This document shows positions 49,061 to 62,420 of a stretch of DNA of 64,000 nt, piece after piece. The position numbers were made by a program, and so were the translations under genes. The DNA lies in the NCBI RefSeq assembly GCF_964194155.1, contig NC_135909.1, positions 2,356,001 to 2,420,000 of the forward strand, given 5' to 3'. The first letter of the stretch is position 1, and every line of letters starts with the position of its first letter. Source of the DNA: Cetorhinus maximus. Taxonomy: Eukaryota. The notes beneath the pieces are model-generated. The model was not told where the DNA came from. It made no database searches and saw nothing but the letters and a program-made list of their open reading frames with translations.

Positions 49061-52000
49061 GTATGTATCCGTTGCAGGCAAAAACACGGGGAGTAAGGGG
49101 GCCTGTGAGGCTTCTCAGCCAGTGGGTGGGGGTGAGGAAGGTGCAGCCTGGCCTGCCATTAATGTAACTTGTCTCTCCACTCCCACATGGAATTCTGAGC
49201 CACCCGCTGAAGACTCTTCCCTTGGCAGCGCCCTGGTTTCGGAGCGGTAGTGCCAGCTCGGGTGTCCTGTGGGCTCCACAGTAAGTAACACAGATCCTAA
49301 TGCTGGCGTGGAGCGGTATACGTTGTGCCGGTGAGAGACAAGTCTGCTTGCCCCCTAGCTGTGGGCGCTTTTGCTTTTTAACTTCTGGTTGTAAATTTAC
49401 CAGATTCTTTAGCGTGTCAACCGTGCAGTTCGAGAGCACGGTTGCCGGGGAATAATTATATACTAATCAGATCAGTCCGCGCAAAGCTGCAGGGAGATAG
49501 GCAGCAGCTCTGCTATAGCTTCTAAAACCTTTGTGGCCGAGGTTGTGTCTGGAGAGAGTGTTGTGTGCTGTGGAATGCACTTTGTTACCCTTTCAGAGGC
49601 GCTGGTAGACTGCGCACTTATCTTTCTTACCACCCTGACGAAATGTTGCTGGAAGTTGTTGACTAATCATAGGAAGCGATCTATCGGTTTCTCAACCTTA
49701 GACCCATTCACGACCTGAGAAAAACCCTCCCAGTGATGCAGAGCTTTGGGACACTAAGGCCTTATAGAGGGCGTAAAACTGATTTATTCACATGGTGCCA
49801 GGGATGAAACATTTCGGGTGAGAACAGAGAAGTTGCTGGGGTTGCTCTCCTTCCAGCAGAGAAGTTTAAGGGAGAGATTTGATGGAGGTGTTCAAAATCA
49901 CAAAGGGGTTTTGACCAAGAGTGTATTGGGCAGCTGGTTCAGGGAGCCGGCATGAGCACGAAGGGCCGAATGGCCACCTCCTAGATGATTCAGTTGTGGT
50001 GTGGTTGTTTCATCGTGTGTCCTGAGCGAGTTTTGCTTTGATGAAAGGAGTAAGTTCTCACTGTCTGAAGGACTGGTCATCGCTTGGAGAGCACCATTTG
50101 ATTTGATCGAAAGTGTCCATTTTATTTCACAGCTGCAGAAGGGATTTTGTGGGAACCATAGACATGTTCATAATTCCAGAGGTTCCTGCAGAATGCCCTT
50201 ACAAGAGGCACCACCTCCTTAACTTGAGTGTCTTCCACTAACTAACAAGCCTTGTGTAATGAAAGCAAGTTTCAGAAGACTTACTAAACTTGAGCAAATT
50301 CTCTCAAAGGTAACAGAGAGCAGATTGCGACAGTATCTTTTGCAGTAGTCAGGCACTCTCAGAACCCTGGATCGATATGCAGAAGCCCTGTCACGTTGCA
50401 TTCAGTGAAATGAAATGGGGAGAGTGTGAAGTATTTAGCTCCGCGCTCATTTAAACTGTATGAAACATCCAGGGTTTACAATTCTAGTTTGCCTTCCCAG
50501 TGCGGGTTGCTTCTAGATGTGAAAAGGTGAGGTCAAGTCTTAGTGAGACCGCCTGTAAATTCTGGAAAGCCACTAGCCTGTTCCACTGACCAATTCTAAA
50601 AGGTGTGGCTATCTCGGAGAGTCTCGTCGGTACTGTACTACTTTTACAGAATATCTGTTTCCTGGGTAGGTTGCTCTGAGTGTTCCCTTGTTGAAAATTA
50701 GTTATTTTTTTAACCTCCCAATTACCTATACGCTAACTTCTCAGCTCTGAGTGACGATGGCCAGGGTGGAGGTCGGACTCTGTTGTGGTCGTGGGAGTTG
50801 CTGTTTATAAAGATGATGTGAGATCTCTCGGTGGGGCGGGGTGGGGGGCAGATACATTCACTACGAGGAATTGCGAGCAAGCTGACATTTGTGGCCACTT
50901 GGCATCAGATTGGCACTCTCAGTGGTGATTGGCATTGTGAACAGTTGTGACTTCCTTCAACACTCGGGTTCGAATGGTGAAGGGGGGGGTGTTGTAACGT
51001 CAGTGAGCTTGCCTCTCTATTTGCGCAATGTTTGGGGCATCCCCTGGAGTTGTGTGTGACGATTGTGGGTCAAATTTTCAAATTATATCCTTCAAATCAG
51101 GTGCCTCTTTATCTCACGGATTAGTTTCATGTGTTTTGTCAGGAGCCTCTCTCTGTCTTAATTGCACCTGCCCACACCAGGATGCTGCAGCCTCGCGTTC
51201 TCCATGAAGAATCCCAGTCGCCTGCAAGGCTGCTTGCTTAAGAACCTTCTCTTTCCCCCGACCTCCTACCCGCAGACACAGCCCTGAGTTGCATTCCCTA
51301 CTTTTGCAGAAGTGTCTTCACTCAGGTATGCAATATAAAACAGGGGAACGGTCCATCTGTTTCCCCTTTCCCCTGAATTCTCCCCTAGTACTCCCTGAAC
51401 TGAACAACATTTCATAGACTGGGGAGTGGGCAGGTGACTTGTGCCCGGACCTGTGCCAGACATGGTGTACCCTTCGCTGGCTGGTACAGCACGGGGCCTG
51501 TTGATCCTCACCGCCTGACATTTCTCCTGTCCAAAGGCTCCCCAAGTCTAGCAACTTGTTTCCCGTCTCCCTCCGCTGTACAACCACACAACTCTTTACC
51601 TTCTGAGAGATCACAAAACATTTGAATAGTATTGTGTATTAATGATGAGATTCCCTCATGGCTATAGCTGGGGGCAGACACTACTGCCCAAGGTGACTGA
51701 CAGCTCAGGAGGTCTTGGAGCGCTTCACAGCCAGTGAAGTACTTTTAAGGTGTGGTGGCTTGAAGCATGGGGAAGCACAGTAGTCAGGTAATGCACAGCA
51801 AGCTCCCTGTCTTGTGTATCAGAAACCCCATCCTGGCTGGAGCCTGTGGGGAGGGATTGGGACAGGAGAGTGCCGGGATGTCCTGTTTACGGTTTCTCGA
51901 TTCGGTATCGAGGAGGCACATTTTAAAACAAAAAAGCATAAAGGCCTCGTCCACCACCCCCACCCCCAGCCCCACCCCCACCATTTGCAGCCCTCTATAT

Positions 52001-52093
52001 TTGGTTCCACCCTGGCTCCTCCCTCGGTGAATGCATGAGCGACTTTTCCTTTCCGGCCAGCCCTGTATTGACATAATGTGCTTTTTCTCTTAG

Positions 52094-52145
52094 GTATGAT
52101 CAGTTTGACTACGATAATACCACCGACACCCGCTATGCCCAATGA
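52094..52145 (+). CDS. RBM14: RBM14/RBM4-family gene exon 3 (R-YDQFDYDNTTDTRYAQ*)
   Basis: Acceptor ctttttctcttag|G TAT GAT in phase 2; the R|Y junction parallels RBM14 exon 2/3 as recalled. Confidence 0.7.
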
Positions 52146-54223
52146 ACCGACGATTTCCTCCTCTTCCTCTTCCTCCTCCGCCGCCGCCGCCGCTCTCCGA
52201 CCAGAAGTTTGCTCTCTCCAGACGAATACACGACCCCACGATCGCGGCACGACAGCGCCTTGGCATTTAAAACAAAATTTACATCTCTCTCTCTCAAAAA
52301 AAAATAGATATAATCACTGCAGCCCAGCCTTGTGAGCCATAGGTTCTGTAAACACTCAAACGCTCTCTTTCTCACTGATGATTGTGATCAGATGCTACTC
52401 GCTAGGGTATTTTTTTTTTGTTTCCTCCTCCCCTCCTCCCTCCCCCCCCACCCCTTAAAGAAATCAACAAACCTCCCTTCGTACAGGTCCTGCTAATACC
52501 CTCACTGAACACTGGTGCTTTCCTACATGTGAAGGTTACCTTCCTGAACACCGATGCTCCTCCCCCACTCCCCCCACCCCGGCCCGCCGCTGCCTTTTAA
52601 AGGGGCGGGGAGCCTGTTTTGCCATTTTCGCCTTGCCGTCCCTCGGGGGTAGTGATGGTTGTTGCATTCGCTCCTGTGAACCACGGGCATCCCTCGTGTC
52701 TTGAGTGCGGGCTGCTCCTCTGGGGGCAGCCCGCCGTGTGTGTGCGTGTGTGTGTGTGTGTAGGGGCCCGGTTTCCGGCTCCTGGTTCACACGGGGTACA
52801 GAGCTCAAGGCGTGGGGGCATCGGGTACTGGCGTGTGTGCCTGAGGTATAAAACACAGTGGCTAGATGTGTCCGAGGCACGCGGGGATTGTGCGGTGAAG
52901 CTGAACTGGCTCCTCCCCCCTTTTAAATCATTCTCGCCCTTAATTGTACCACCATCACAAATAATCAAACACATGATTAAAAGCTGCATTTTCACCACCC
53001 TGCCTCAGACAGGTGCTGCTTTCGTACACCTTGCCAATGCTGCTTGGATTCCAGCTGCTGAGGGACGCACAGGAACAGGTAAATCCGCCTTCTGTGGCTG
53101 GGCTTTCTTTTATTTTAGTCCTTCATCTTCCTGCAGCCTGGGGTCCACTCACAGGCAGGGTGGCACAGTGCCAGAGTGCGTAACCCGTCCGTTACTAGCC
53201 AAGTTTAGAGATAACCATCTGACTTCCCTGAGAAACAGGCTCATTTTCTCCACCCCCCCACCTCAACCCTATTTTTATTTACCGCTAAAAGTGACGTACT
53301 GCCATCGGTGCCATTGTGTTGGCATGAAGAGGTAGCGGCGGTGGGAAAACTGCCTGGCTTCCGGGTATATTTCTGTGGTGGGCTTTTGGACTTGCTGCGA
53401 GAAGGCAGAGTGTACCTTTTTTGTGGATGGAGTGTGTGTGTGTACCTGTGGATATGTTTGTGTTTCACACGAGTGCCATGGCAAAACAGCTAACAAAGCT
53501 GTGCTTGGTACTTTTTACCTGGTGGGTAGGATGCACTATTTGTGTGCGTTTGCGGTGGCTGGTATTTTCGTAGAGGGAGTCGTGTCTTGCAAACACGTGG
53601 CTCCCCTGGTGGGCTGGCTTGTAAGTGTACCGTGCGGTGTGCTGCTGATCCAAGTGGTGGTGTGGGGGTGGGGAGGGGTGGCACAGTTGACTGCAGCTCC
53701 TCCTGGGGAGGGTCGAGGTCCCACAAAGCTCCCATGCCCGCTGGCTAGCTGGTGATTCCTGAAGCATTTTGTGGGGGGGGGATTGAGGACAAGATTCAGT
53801 CGCGATGCCTCCTGTAGTCGAACATTGAATATACCCTGCGCAATAAGAATGACCCACAAGGGCACAGTGCTGGCGGGGAGCTGCCATCTGCAAGAATGTA
53901 CCCAGCGAGAGTTGGCACCTTCAGTGAGGGTGGGTGGTGAAAGGGAAAGTGCAAAGTGGGGTTTTCTTTGGGCTGTTGGGTGGGACAGGGGGCAGATAGA
54001 AGAGGAATGGAATTGACTGGGGCGCGGAGGGGGGTGGTGAATTTACACCCCCTTGTCTTGACTGGTGTTACACAAAAGAAAAATGAGGCTCATTTAATTT
54101 TCTTTCACTATGACAAATGATTTAGTTTATGTAATAATTGCCTACACTAGAGAACCAGTGTCTGAAATTAGAATTGGCAGTGGGTGGGGAGGGTTGTTTG
54201 TAACCTAACGTGTAGCAAGATTC

Positions 54224-54229
54224 AATAAA
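54224..54229 (+). terminator. Candidate polyadenylation signal of the RBM gene (3' UTR about 2.1 kb)
   Basis: AATAAA followed by TTTCTGTGTGTG; interspersed repeats resume just downstream. Confidence 0.6.
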
Positions 54230-54369
54230 CCTAATCTGAAAAACCTTTCTGTGTGTGCAAGCCTTGACTTAATGTTCGCACTTGTCAAACTACGCTGTTA
54301 CATACATCTCTTGTTATAGCCCCCGGCCTAGGAATCCAGACAGTCTGGCTGTCAAAGCCCTTTCGCCCC

Positions 54370-54970
54370 AGGAAAGAAAGACATTAGAGTTAACGTTTTG
54401 AGTCCATATGACACTCTTTCAGCTCTGAAGAGGAGTCATACGAACTTGAAACGTTAACTCTGTCTTTCTCTCCACAGATGCTGTCAGACCTGCTGAGTTT
54501 TTCCAGCAATTTTGGTTTTTGTTTCAGATTTCCAGCATCCGCAGCATTTTGCTTTTACCCGTTCACCTCAGTCCTGTTTTATCAATTTTTTTTTTTTGTT
54601 CAAACTCACTGGTTTGATCTGTTGGAATTGCACCAGCCTGAAGGGTTTTAACCTTGCTGCTGGTTAAGCCACGGTGTCAGCTGTGACTCTCTTGGTATCT
54701 TGCTCGCCTCTCACGTCTCAAATAGAAACAGAAAGCACTGGAGAAACTCAGCCAGTCCAGCAGCATCGGTGGAGGGAGAATCCGAGCTGATGCTTCAGGT
54801 CCAATATGACTCTTTGGAGAAGACTCAAATTGGACCAGAAACGTTAACTCTCTGTTTCTCTCTCTCTCTCTCTCTCTCCACAGATGCTGCCAGACCTGCT
54901 GAGTTTTTTCCAGCACTTGCTGTTTTTTATTTCAGATTTCCAGCATCCTGCAGTATTTTTTCCTTTTGGT
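54370..54970. mobile_element. Two Penelope-like inverted fragments (about 54370-54560 and 54720-54970), the first with a minimal hammerhead-like core
   Basis: CTGAAGA 54425-54431, stem, GAAACGTT 54448-54455, then the CTCTCCACAGATGCTG.CAGACCTGCTGAG family motif; each has an inverted partial copy upstream. Confidence 0.7.
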
Positions 54971-55744
54971 CTGAGTAAGAAGGTTATGGGCTCCAGCCCC
55001 ACTCCAGAGACCGGAGCACAGAATGAAGGCAGACACCCCAGGGAGCTGCACAGTCGGAGTGAGACATTAAAACCGACGCCCTGTCTGCTTCCCTCAGGTG
55101 GTTGTCAAATATCCTAGTTTTGGAAGAAAAGCAGGGAAACTCTCTGGTGTGTCCTGGGGTTATTATTTATCCCTCAGCCGCTGTCACTTAAGACGTGAAT
55201 CTGGATTACTATTACACAGCTGTTAGTGGGATCTTGCTGTGCCGAGGTTTGCTGCTTTTCCTCCATTACAACAGTCCATAATACACTTTGGGACATCCAG
55301 AGGTTGTGAAATATGCTATATAAACACAGACACCAGATGTTAAGGTGAAAAACATTGATGCTCCATATCTCTGGGAGCAGGGCCTCAGCCCTTCTACTGC
55401 GATTGTGGGGGCAGGAGGAATTAAAAATGGGAGATGTTCACAGAAAAAAGGATGCAGCAGTTTGTGTGCAGCTGACGCTGCCCGATGGCGATAGAGCCTG
55501 TACCAGAACGCCCGAGAGTGGAGAAAATCCTCCACTGATAAATGGAGACCCTATTATACCAGCGTGTAAAGTTGTCTCCTGTTGTGACTTTTCACCCCTG
55601 TGTCCATTGCCAAAGGAGACCGAATGGTAAATTTTTTTTATAAAGGGACTGCACGCAGTGAATCTTTTATAACATCAATGCTCTCAACCCAACTTTGATG
55701 TGGAAAAGTCACAGGAAGTAAGCTTATATAGATTTTAAAAATTT

Positions 55745-57480
55745 AGGGAGAGTGGGATTAGTCTGGGTGGGATATCAAAGGCTGAGGGGGAGAGTGGGAT
55801 TAGACTGGGTGGGATTAATTTTAGTGAGATACTAAAGGGAATGGGGGAAGAGTGGGATTAGACTAGGTGGGATATTAAAGGGTGAGGGGGAGAGGGATTA
55901 GACAGGATGGGATATTAAAGGGGGAGAGTGGGATTAGACTAGGATATTAAAGAGTGAGGGGGAAGAGTGGCACTAGTGTGGGATGTTAAAGGGTGTGGGG
56001 AAGAGTGGGATTAGCCTGGGTGTGATATTAAAGGGAGTGAGGGGGAGAGTGGCATTAGACTTGGTGGGATATTAATATGGGGAGTGAGGGGGAAAGTGGG
56101 ATTAGACTGGGTGGGGTATTAAAGGATGGGGGGAGTGAGTGGGATTAGATTAGGTGGGATGTTAAAGGGTGCGGGGAGTGAGGGGGAGAGGGATTAGACT
56201 GGGTAGGATATTAAAGGGTGGGGGAGAGTGGGATTAGACTGGGTGGGATATTAAAGGGTGTGGGGAGAGTGGGATTAGACTGGGTGGGATATTAAACAGT
56301 GAGGGGGAGAGTGGGATTAGAGTAGGATAGTAAAGAGTGAGGGGGGAGAGTGGCATTAGTGTGGGATGTTAAAGGGGGTGGGGAGAGTGGGATTAGTCTG
56401 GGTGGGGTATTAAAGGGTGCAGGGAGTGAGGGGGAGAGTGGGATTAGACTGGGTAGGATATTAAAGGATGGAGGGAGTGAGTGGGATTAGATTAGGTGGG
56501 ATATTAAAGGGTGTGGGGAGTGAGGGGGAGAGTGGGATTAGACTGGGTGGGATGTTAAAGGGTGCAGGGGGAGAGTGGAATTAGACTGGGTGGGATATTA
56601 AAGGGTGAGGGGGAGAGTGGGGTTAGACTGGGTGGGATATTAAAGAGTGAGGGGGAGAGTGGGATTAGACTAGGTGGGATATTAAAGAATATGGAGAGTG
56701 AGGGGGAGAGTGGGATTAGATGGTGGGATATTAAAGGGTGCAGGGAGTGAGGGGGAGAGTGGCATTAGACTGGGTAGGATATTAAAGGGTGGGGGAGAGT
56801 GGGATTAGACTGGGTGGGATATTAAAGGGTGTAGGGAGAGTGGGATTAGACTGGGTGGGATATTAAACAGTGAGGGGGAGAGTGGCATTAGTGTGGGATG
56901 TTAAAGGGCGTGGGGAGAGTGGGATTAGTCTGGGTGTGATATTAAAGGGAGTGAGGGGAGAGTGACATTAGACTTGGTGGGATATTAATATAGGGAGTGA
57001 GGGGGAGAGTGGGATTAGACTGGGTGCGGTATTAAAGAATATGGAGAGTGGGATTAGACTGGGTGGGGTATTAAAGGGTGCAGGGAGTGAGGGGGAGAGT
57101 GGGATTAGACTGGGTAGGATATTAAAGGGTGGGGGAGAGTGGGATTAGACTGGGTGGGATATTAAAGGGTGCGGGGAGTGAGGGGGAGAGTGGGGTTAGA
57201 CTGGGTGGGATATTAAAGGGTGCGGGGAGTGAGGGGGAGAGTGGGATTAGACTAGGTGGGATATTAAAGAATATGGAGAGTGAGGGGGAGAGTGGGATTA
57301 GATGGTGGGATATTAAAGGGTGCAGGGAGTGAGTGGGAGAGTGGCATTAGACTGGGTGGGATATTAAAGGGTGTAGGGAGTAAGGGGGAAGAGTGGGATT
57401 AGACTAGGTGGGATATTAAAGAATATGGGGAGTTAGGGGGAGAGTGGGATTAGACTGGATGGGTTATTAAAGGGAGTGGA
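55745..57480. repeat. G-rich 40-50 bp minisatellite (GGGAGAGTGGGATTAGACTGGGTGGGATATTAAAGGGTG...), with a second short block at 58050-58340
   Basis: Direct reading. Confidence 0.95.
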
Positions 57481-59058
57481 GAATGGGATCAGACAAAATG
57501 GAACAGAATATCACTGGTGATAACTTGATGGGCTGAATGGCCTGTTGTCAAATAGGCATTGGTCTTGGCTCATTGTGTAGCACTCACCCCTGAGTCAGAA
57601 GTCTGTGGGTTCCAGTCGCACTCCAGAGACAGGCGCGCACAATCTGGGCCAATTCTCTCAGCCTGGCACTGTGGGAGGTGCTGCCTTTTGGACTGAGAGC
57701 CTGTTTATCCTTTCAGGTGGATGTAAAAGATTCTCTAGCGTTATTCCTAACAAGGGCAGGGGTCTTCTCGCCTGGGCCCTGGGTCAAAATTTGTCCCTTG
57801 GCTCGCATCAGTAAAATCAGATGCTCTAATTGGTCGGTTATTACCATGCTGTTCGTGAGATCCTGCAAATTGCCTCCTATTGTGATCTTTGACCCCTGTG
57901 CCCATTGCCAAAGGAGAGCAAATGGTAATTTTTTTTCTAAAGGGACTGCTCACGTTGAATCGGGATACACTATTATAACATCAATGCTCTCAGCCCAAGT
58001 TTGATGAGGAAAAGTCACTGGAAGTAAGCACATATAGATTTGAGACATTTAGGGAGAGTGGGATTAGTCTGGGTGGGATATTAAAGGGTGCGGGGAGTGA
58101 GGGGGGAGAGTGGGATTAGACTGGGTGGGATATTAAAGGGTGCGGGGGAGTGAGGGGGAGAGTGGGATTAGACTGGGTGGGATATTAAAGGGTGCGGGGG
58201 AGTGAGGGGGAGAATGGAATTAGACTGGGTGGGATATTAAAGGGTGAGGGGGAGAGTGGCATTAGTCTGGGTGTGATATTAAAGTGAGTGGGGGAGAATG
58301 GGATTTGACTGGGTGGGATATTAAAGGGACTGGGGAGTGGGATCGGAGAAAATGGAACAGAACATCGCTGGTGATAACTTGATGGGCTGAATGGCCTGTT
58401 GTCAAATAGGCTTCGGTCTAGGCTCATTGTGTAGCACTCACCCCTGAGTCAGAAGTCTGTGGGTTCCAGTCGCACTCCAGAGACAGGCGCGCACAATCTG
58501 GGCCAATACTCTCAGCCTGGCACTGTGGGAGGTGCTGCCTTTTGGACTGAGAGCCTGTTTATCCTTTCAGGTGGATGTAAACGATTCTCTCGCATTATTC
58601 CTAACAAGGGCAGGGGTCTTCTCGCCATTTGTCCCTTGGCTCGCATCGGTAAAATCAGATGCTCTAGTTGGTCGGTTATTGCAGCGCTGTGCGTGAGATC
58701 CTGCAAATTGCCTTCCAGGTGACAACAGTGACCACACTTCAAAAGTATTTCATATACAGTGAAGCGCTTTGGGGATGTCCTGAGGTGGTGAAAGGCGTTT
58801 AAAATCGTCACGTTAAAAAATAATCTCCAGTTGCTCCTAATCAAATTCAAATCGCGACCCAACAGGTTAAAAGCACCTCGGAATATTATACTGTTGTTTC
58901 AGTGCACGGAGGGTGGGGGGAGAATTAAGATGTTTGAGGGGACAATGTCCCTTTAAAGATTCTTAACACACAGTTTGGACATATTTTAACTGGGGAGCCA
59001 GCAGCTGGGAGGGATTTACTGCCGGGTCAGAGGGGAAAGTTCAAGCGGTACACTCAAC

Positions 59059-59091
59059 ATGGCAGCGACCAGCAGCTCAGACAGCAGTAAG
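59059..59091 (+). CDS. Possible first coding exon of a downstream gene (MAATSSSDSSK), perhaps CCS
   Basis: Good Kozak AACATGG and phase-0 donor AAG|gtagga. CCS neighbours RBM14 in human and has a short first exon. No second exon was found in the window. Confidence 0.3.
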
Positions 59092-60939
59092 GTAGGAGGA
59101 TGTCCTTAGCTGAGCGGTGTTTTTGACACTGGCTGATCCCCGTCAGTGTCCGCGAGCAGGAAAATACAATTCATTTCCTGCTGTACAGCCTGCAATCCAT
59201 TCACAGGCTGCACCCTCCCTTACACTTGGCCTCTCCGTCCAATGCCCTGGTTTCAAGACTCCTTTTTTTGTGTACTGTTGCCTGCTTGCCTTGGCTGTAC
59301 CCCACTCCTCCTCCTCCTCCCCCTCCCCTTCCCCATTTTATCTGCCGCCCTGCGTTGTTTGCTTGTGGTTTTTCCCTGGGAAAGTGGTGTGCTGCTTTTA
59401 TTTTTAAGGTTTCAGAAATTGTGCCAAGTCATAGTTTGCGCAGGGCGTCAACAGCAGACTCGTGGTGGGTTATTATCAGACCCGTGCAGCCGGGGACACG
59501 GTGAGAGGCTTCCGGCGCGTAATCCAGTCCGGCACTCCCAGTGCCAGTGCTGCGCCGCTGGTGGTGCCGTCTTTCGGACGGAGCGAGGGCGCCCTTGGGT
59601 GAAGTGCCAAAGCTCCCATGGCAACGAATCCCAAGATGTGCCGGGGGTGGGTGGGGAGGGGGGAGTTCTCCCCGGTGTCCTGGGGCCAATATTTATCCCT
59701 CAACCAACATCACGAAAAACAGATGACCCGGGTCAGTATCCCATTGCTGTTAGTGGGAGCTTGCTGTGCACAAAATGGCTGCTGCGCTTCCTACATTACA
59801 ACAGTGACTACCACTTTAAAAGTATTTCATTGGCTGTGAAGCACATTGGGACACCTGGTGGTGGGGAAAGGCAGTATATAAATGTAAGCTCTGTCTTTCT
59901 TGTAACTGCTACAAGTCTTGGCGCTCGGTATCACTCCAGGGTGTGCACTTCCCTCTGTCGTGCCAGGCCGAGAGCCTTCTGCTCTTGAAGCCCTTTTTTG
60001 TTAGGGTCTGAATATCGCATGATGATACCAAGCGGGCTAATTTCAGCCCAGGTGGCGGCAGCAGCTGTTCGACCATGAGTGGCATCACAGATCAGTACAG
60101 CTCAGTACCACGCTGACTTGGGCAAACACTAAATATGGCAGCGGGGATGGGGAGTCACCTCTGGGCTATTAGCCCTTGTAGCCTGGTTATGATTGAAAAT
60201 GGACAGATTGGGGGGGGTGGGATGGGTGCGGTGGGAGGACAGGAAGGGCACGACGTAATGTGAGAAGCAGCTGACCAAAACTGAGAGCCGTCACAGCCTT
60301 CTGCCAATGCCCACACAGAATCATTCGGCATTAAGGGAGACCCATCATGTCTCCACTGACTCCTTGAAGGAAACAGGAGAAGCAGCGAGTTCCTGGTCCT
60401 GATCAGAAGACGGTGACTCCTGGAGGAAAGGTGGGTGTGGGCGTGGGCGCATGTGTACGGTTGAGCCCGATTACCGGGGTGCGATGCCCCATGCAGTCAA
60501 ATAGCCCGTCAAATTGCACATTGAGAATGGCTGACCTGAGGTCACTCCTGGAAGGGGAATTGCAATGAGAGTCACCTTGAAGGGGAGAGAAATGGTTTAA
60601 AAAAAAAGCATTGGATAGGTTTATTTTGTAGACTTGATAGTTTGAGACACTGTTAGGGAGTGATACAGACTCTGGCTGTGTCTAAAGGGTGTGTGTCTTT
60701 GATTGTGAACAAAAACCACGCATTGCCCTCCCTGGCCACTCTCCTAGACTGAAACAGATCGCTCACAACCTTGGGGTCCTTTTTGACCCTAATCAAGGTT
60801 TCCACCTCGAAAGCAGAACCCCCATCCCTTCCCCTGCATCAGGTCATCTGCAGCTGAAATCCTCACCCATACGTTTAACACCTCTGACATTCCACCATAA
60901 ACTTCAGCTCACTCAAACAAACCTGCACATACCCTGAGC

Positions 60940-62420
60940 CCCTAAGACCCTCCCTATCTCTCTAACCTCCTCCAGCCCCTACAACCCTCCCTATCTCTGT
61001 AACCTCCTCCAGCCCCTACAACACTCCCTATCTCTGTAACCTCCTCCAGCCCCTACAACCCTCCCTATCTCTGTAACCTCCTCCAGCCCCACAACCCTCC
61101 CTATCTCTGTAACCTCCTCCAGCCCCTACAACCCTCCCTATCTCTGTAACCTCCTCCAGCCCCTACAACACTCCCTATCTCTGTAACCTCCTCCAGCCCC
61201 TACAACCCTCCCTATCTCTGTAACCTCCTCCAGCCCCTACAACCCTCCCTATCTCTGTAACCTCCTCCAGCCCCACAACCCTCCCTATCTCTGTAACCTC
61301 CTCCAGCCCCTACAACCCTCCCTATCTCTAAGCTCCTCCAGACGCTACAACCCTCCCTATCTCTGTAACCTCCTCCAGCTCCTACAACCCTCCCTATCTC
61401 TGTAACCTCCTCCAGCCCCTACACCCCTCCCTATCTCTGTATCCTCCTCCAGCCCCTACAACCCTCCCTATCTCTGTAACCTCCTCCAGCCCCTACAACC
61501 CTCCCTATCTCTGTAACCTCCTCCAGCCCCTACAACCCTCCCTATCTCTGTAACCTCCTCCATCCCCTAAGACTCTCCCTATCTCTGTAACCTCCTCCAG
61601 CCCCTAAGACCCTCCCTATCTCTGTAACCTCCTCCAGCCCCTACAACCCTCCCTATCTCTGTAACCTCCTCCAGCCCCTACAACCCTCCCTATCTCTGTA
61701 ACCTCCTCCAGCCCCTACAACCCTCCCTATCTCTGTAACCTCCTCCAGCACCTACAACCCTCCCTATCTCTGTAACCTCCTCCAGCCCCTACAACCCTCC
61801 CTAACTTTGTAACCTCCTCCAGCCCCTACAACCCTCCCTATCTCTGTAACCTCCTCCAGCCCCTAAGACCCTCCCTATCTCTGTAACCTCCTCCAGCCCC
61901 TAAGACCCTCCCTATCTCTGTAACCTCCTCCAGCCCCTACAACCCTCCCTATCTCTGTAACCTCCTCCAGCCCCTACAACCCTCCCTATCTCTGTAACCT
62001 CCTCCAGCCCCAAGACCCTCCCTATCCCTGTAACCTCCTCCAGCCCCTACAACCCTCCCTAACTCTGTAACCTCCTCCAGCCCCTACAACCCTCCTTATC
62101 TCTGTAACCTCCTCCAGCCCCTAAGACCCTCCCTATCTCTGTAACCTCCTCCAGCCCCTACAACCCTCCCTATCTCTGTAACCTCCTCCAGCCCCTACAA
62201 CCCTCCCTATCTCTGTAACCTCCTCCAGCCCCTACAACCTCCCTATCTCTGTAACCTCCTCCAGCCCCTACAACCCTCCCTATCTCTGTAACCTCCTCCA
62301 GCCCCTACAACCCTCCCTATCTCTGTAACCTCCTCCAGCCCCTACAACCCTCCCTATCTCTGTAACCTCCTCCAGCCTCTACACCCCTCTCTATCTCTGT
62401 AATCTCCTCCAGCCCTACAA
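60940..62420. repeat. 37-bp satellite (CCCTCCCTATCTCTGTAACCTCCTCCAGCCCCTACAA), about 40 copies
   Basis: Direct reading. Confidence 0.97.

Noticed and set aside
59146-59988. 280-aa plus-strand ORF
   Set aside because: Non-ATG start, no recognisable domain, and the second half runs through a SINE.
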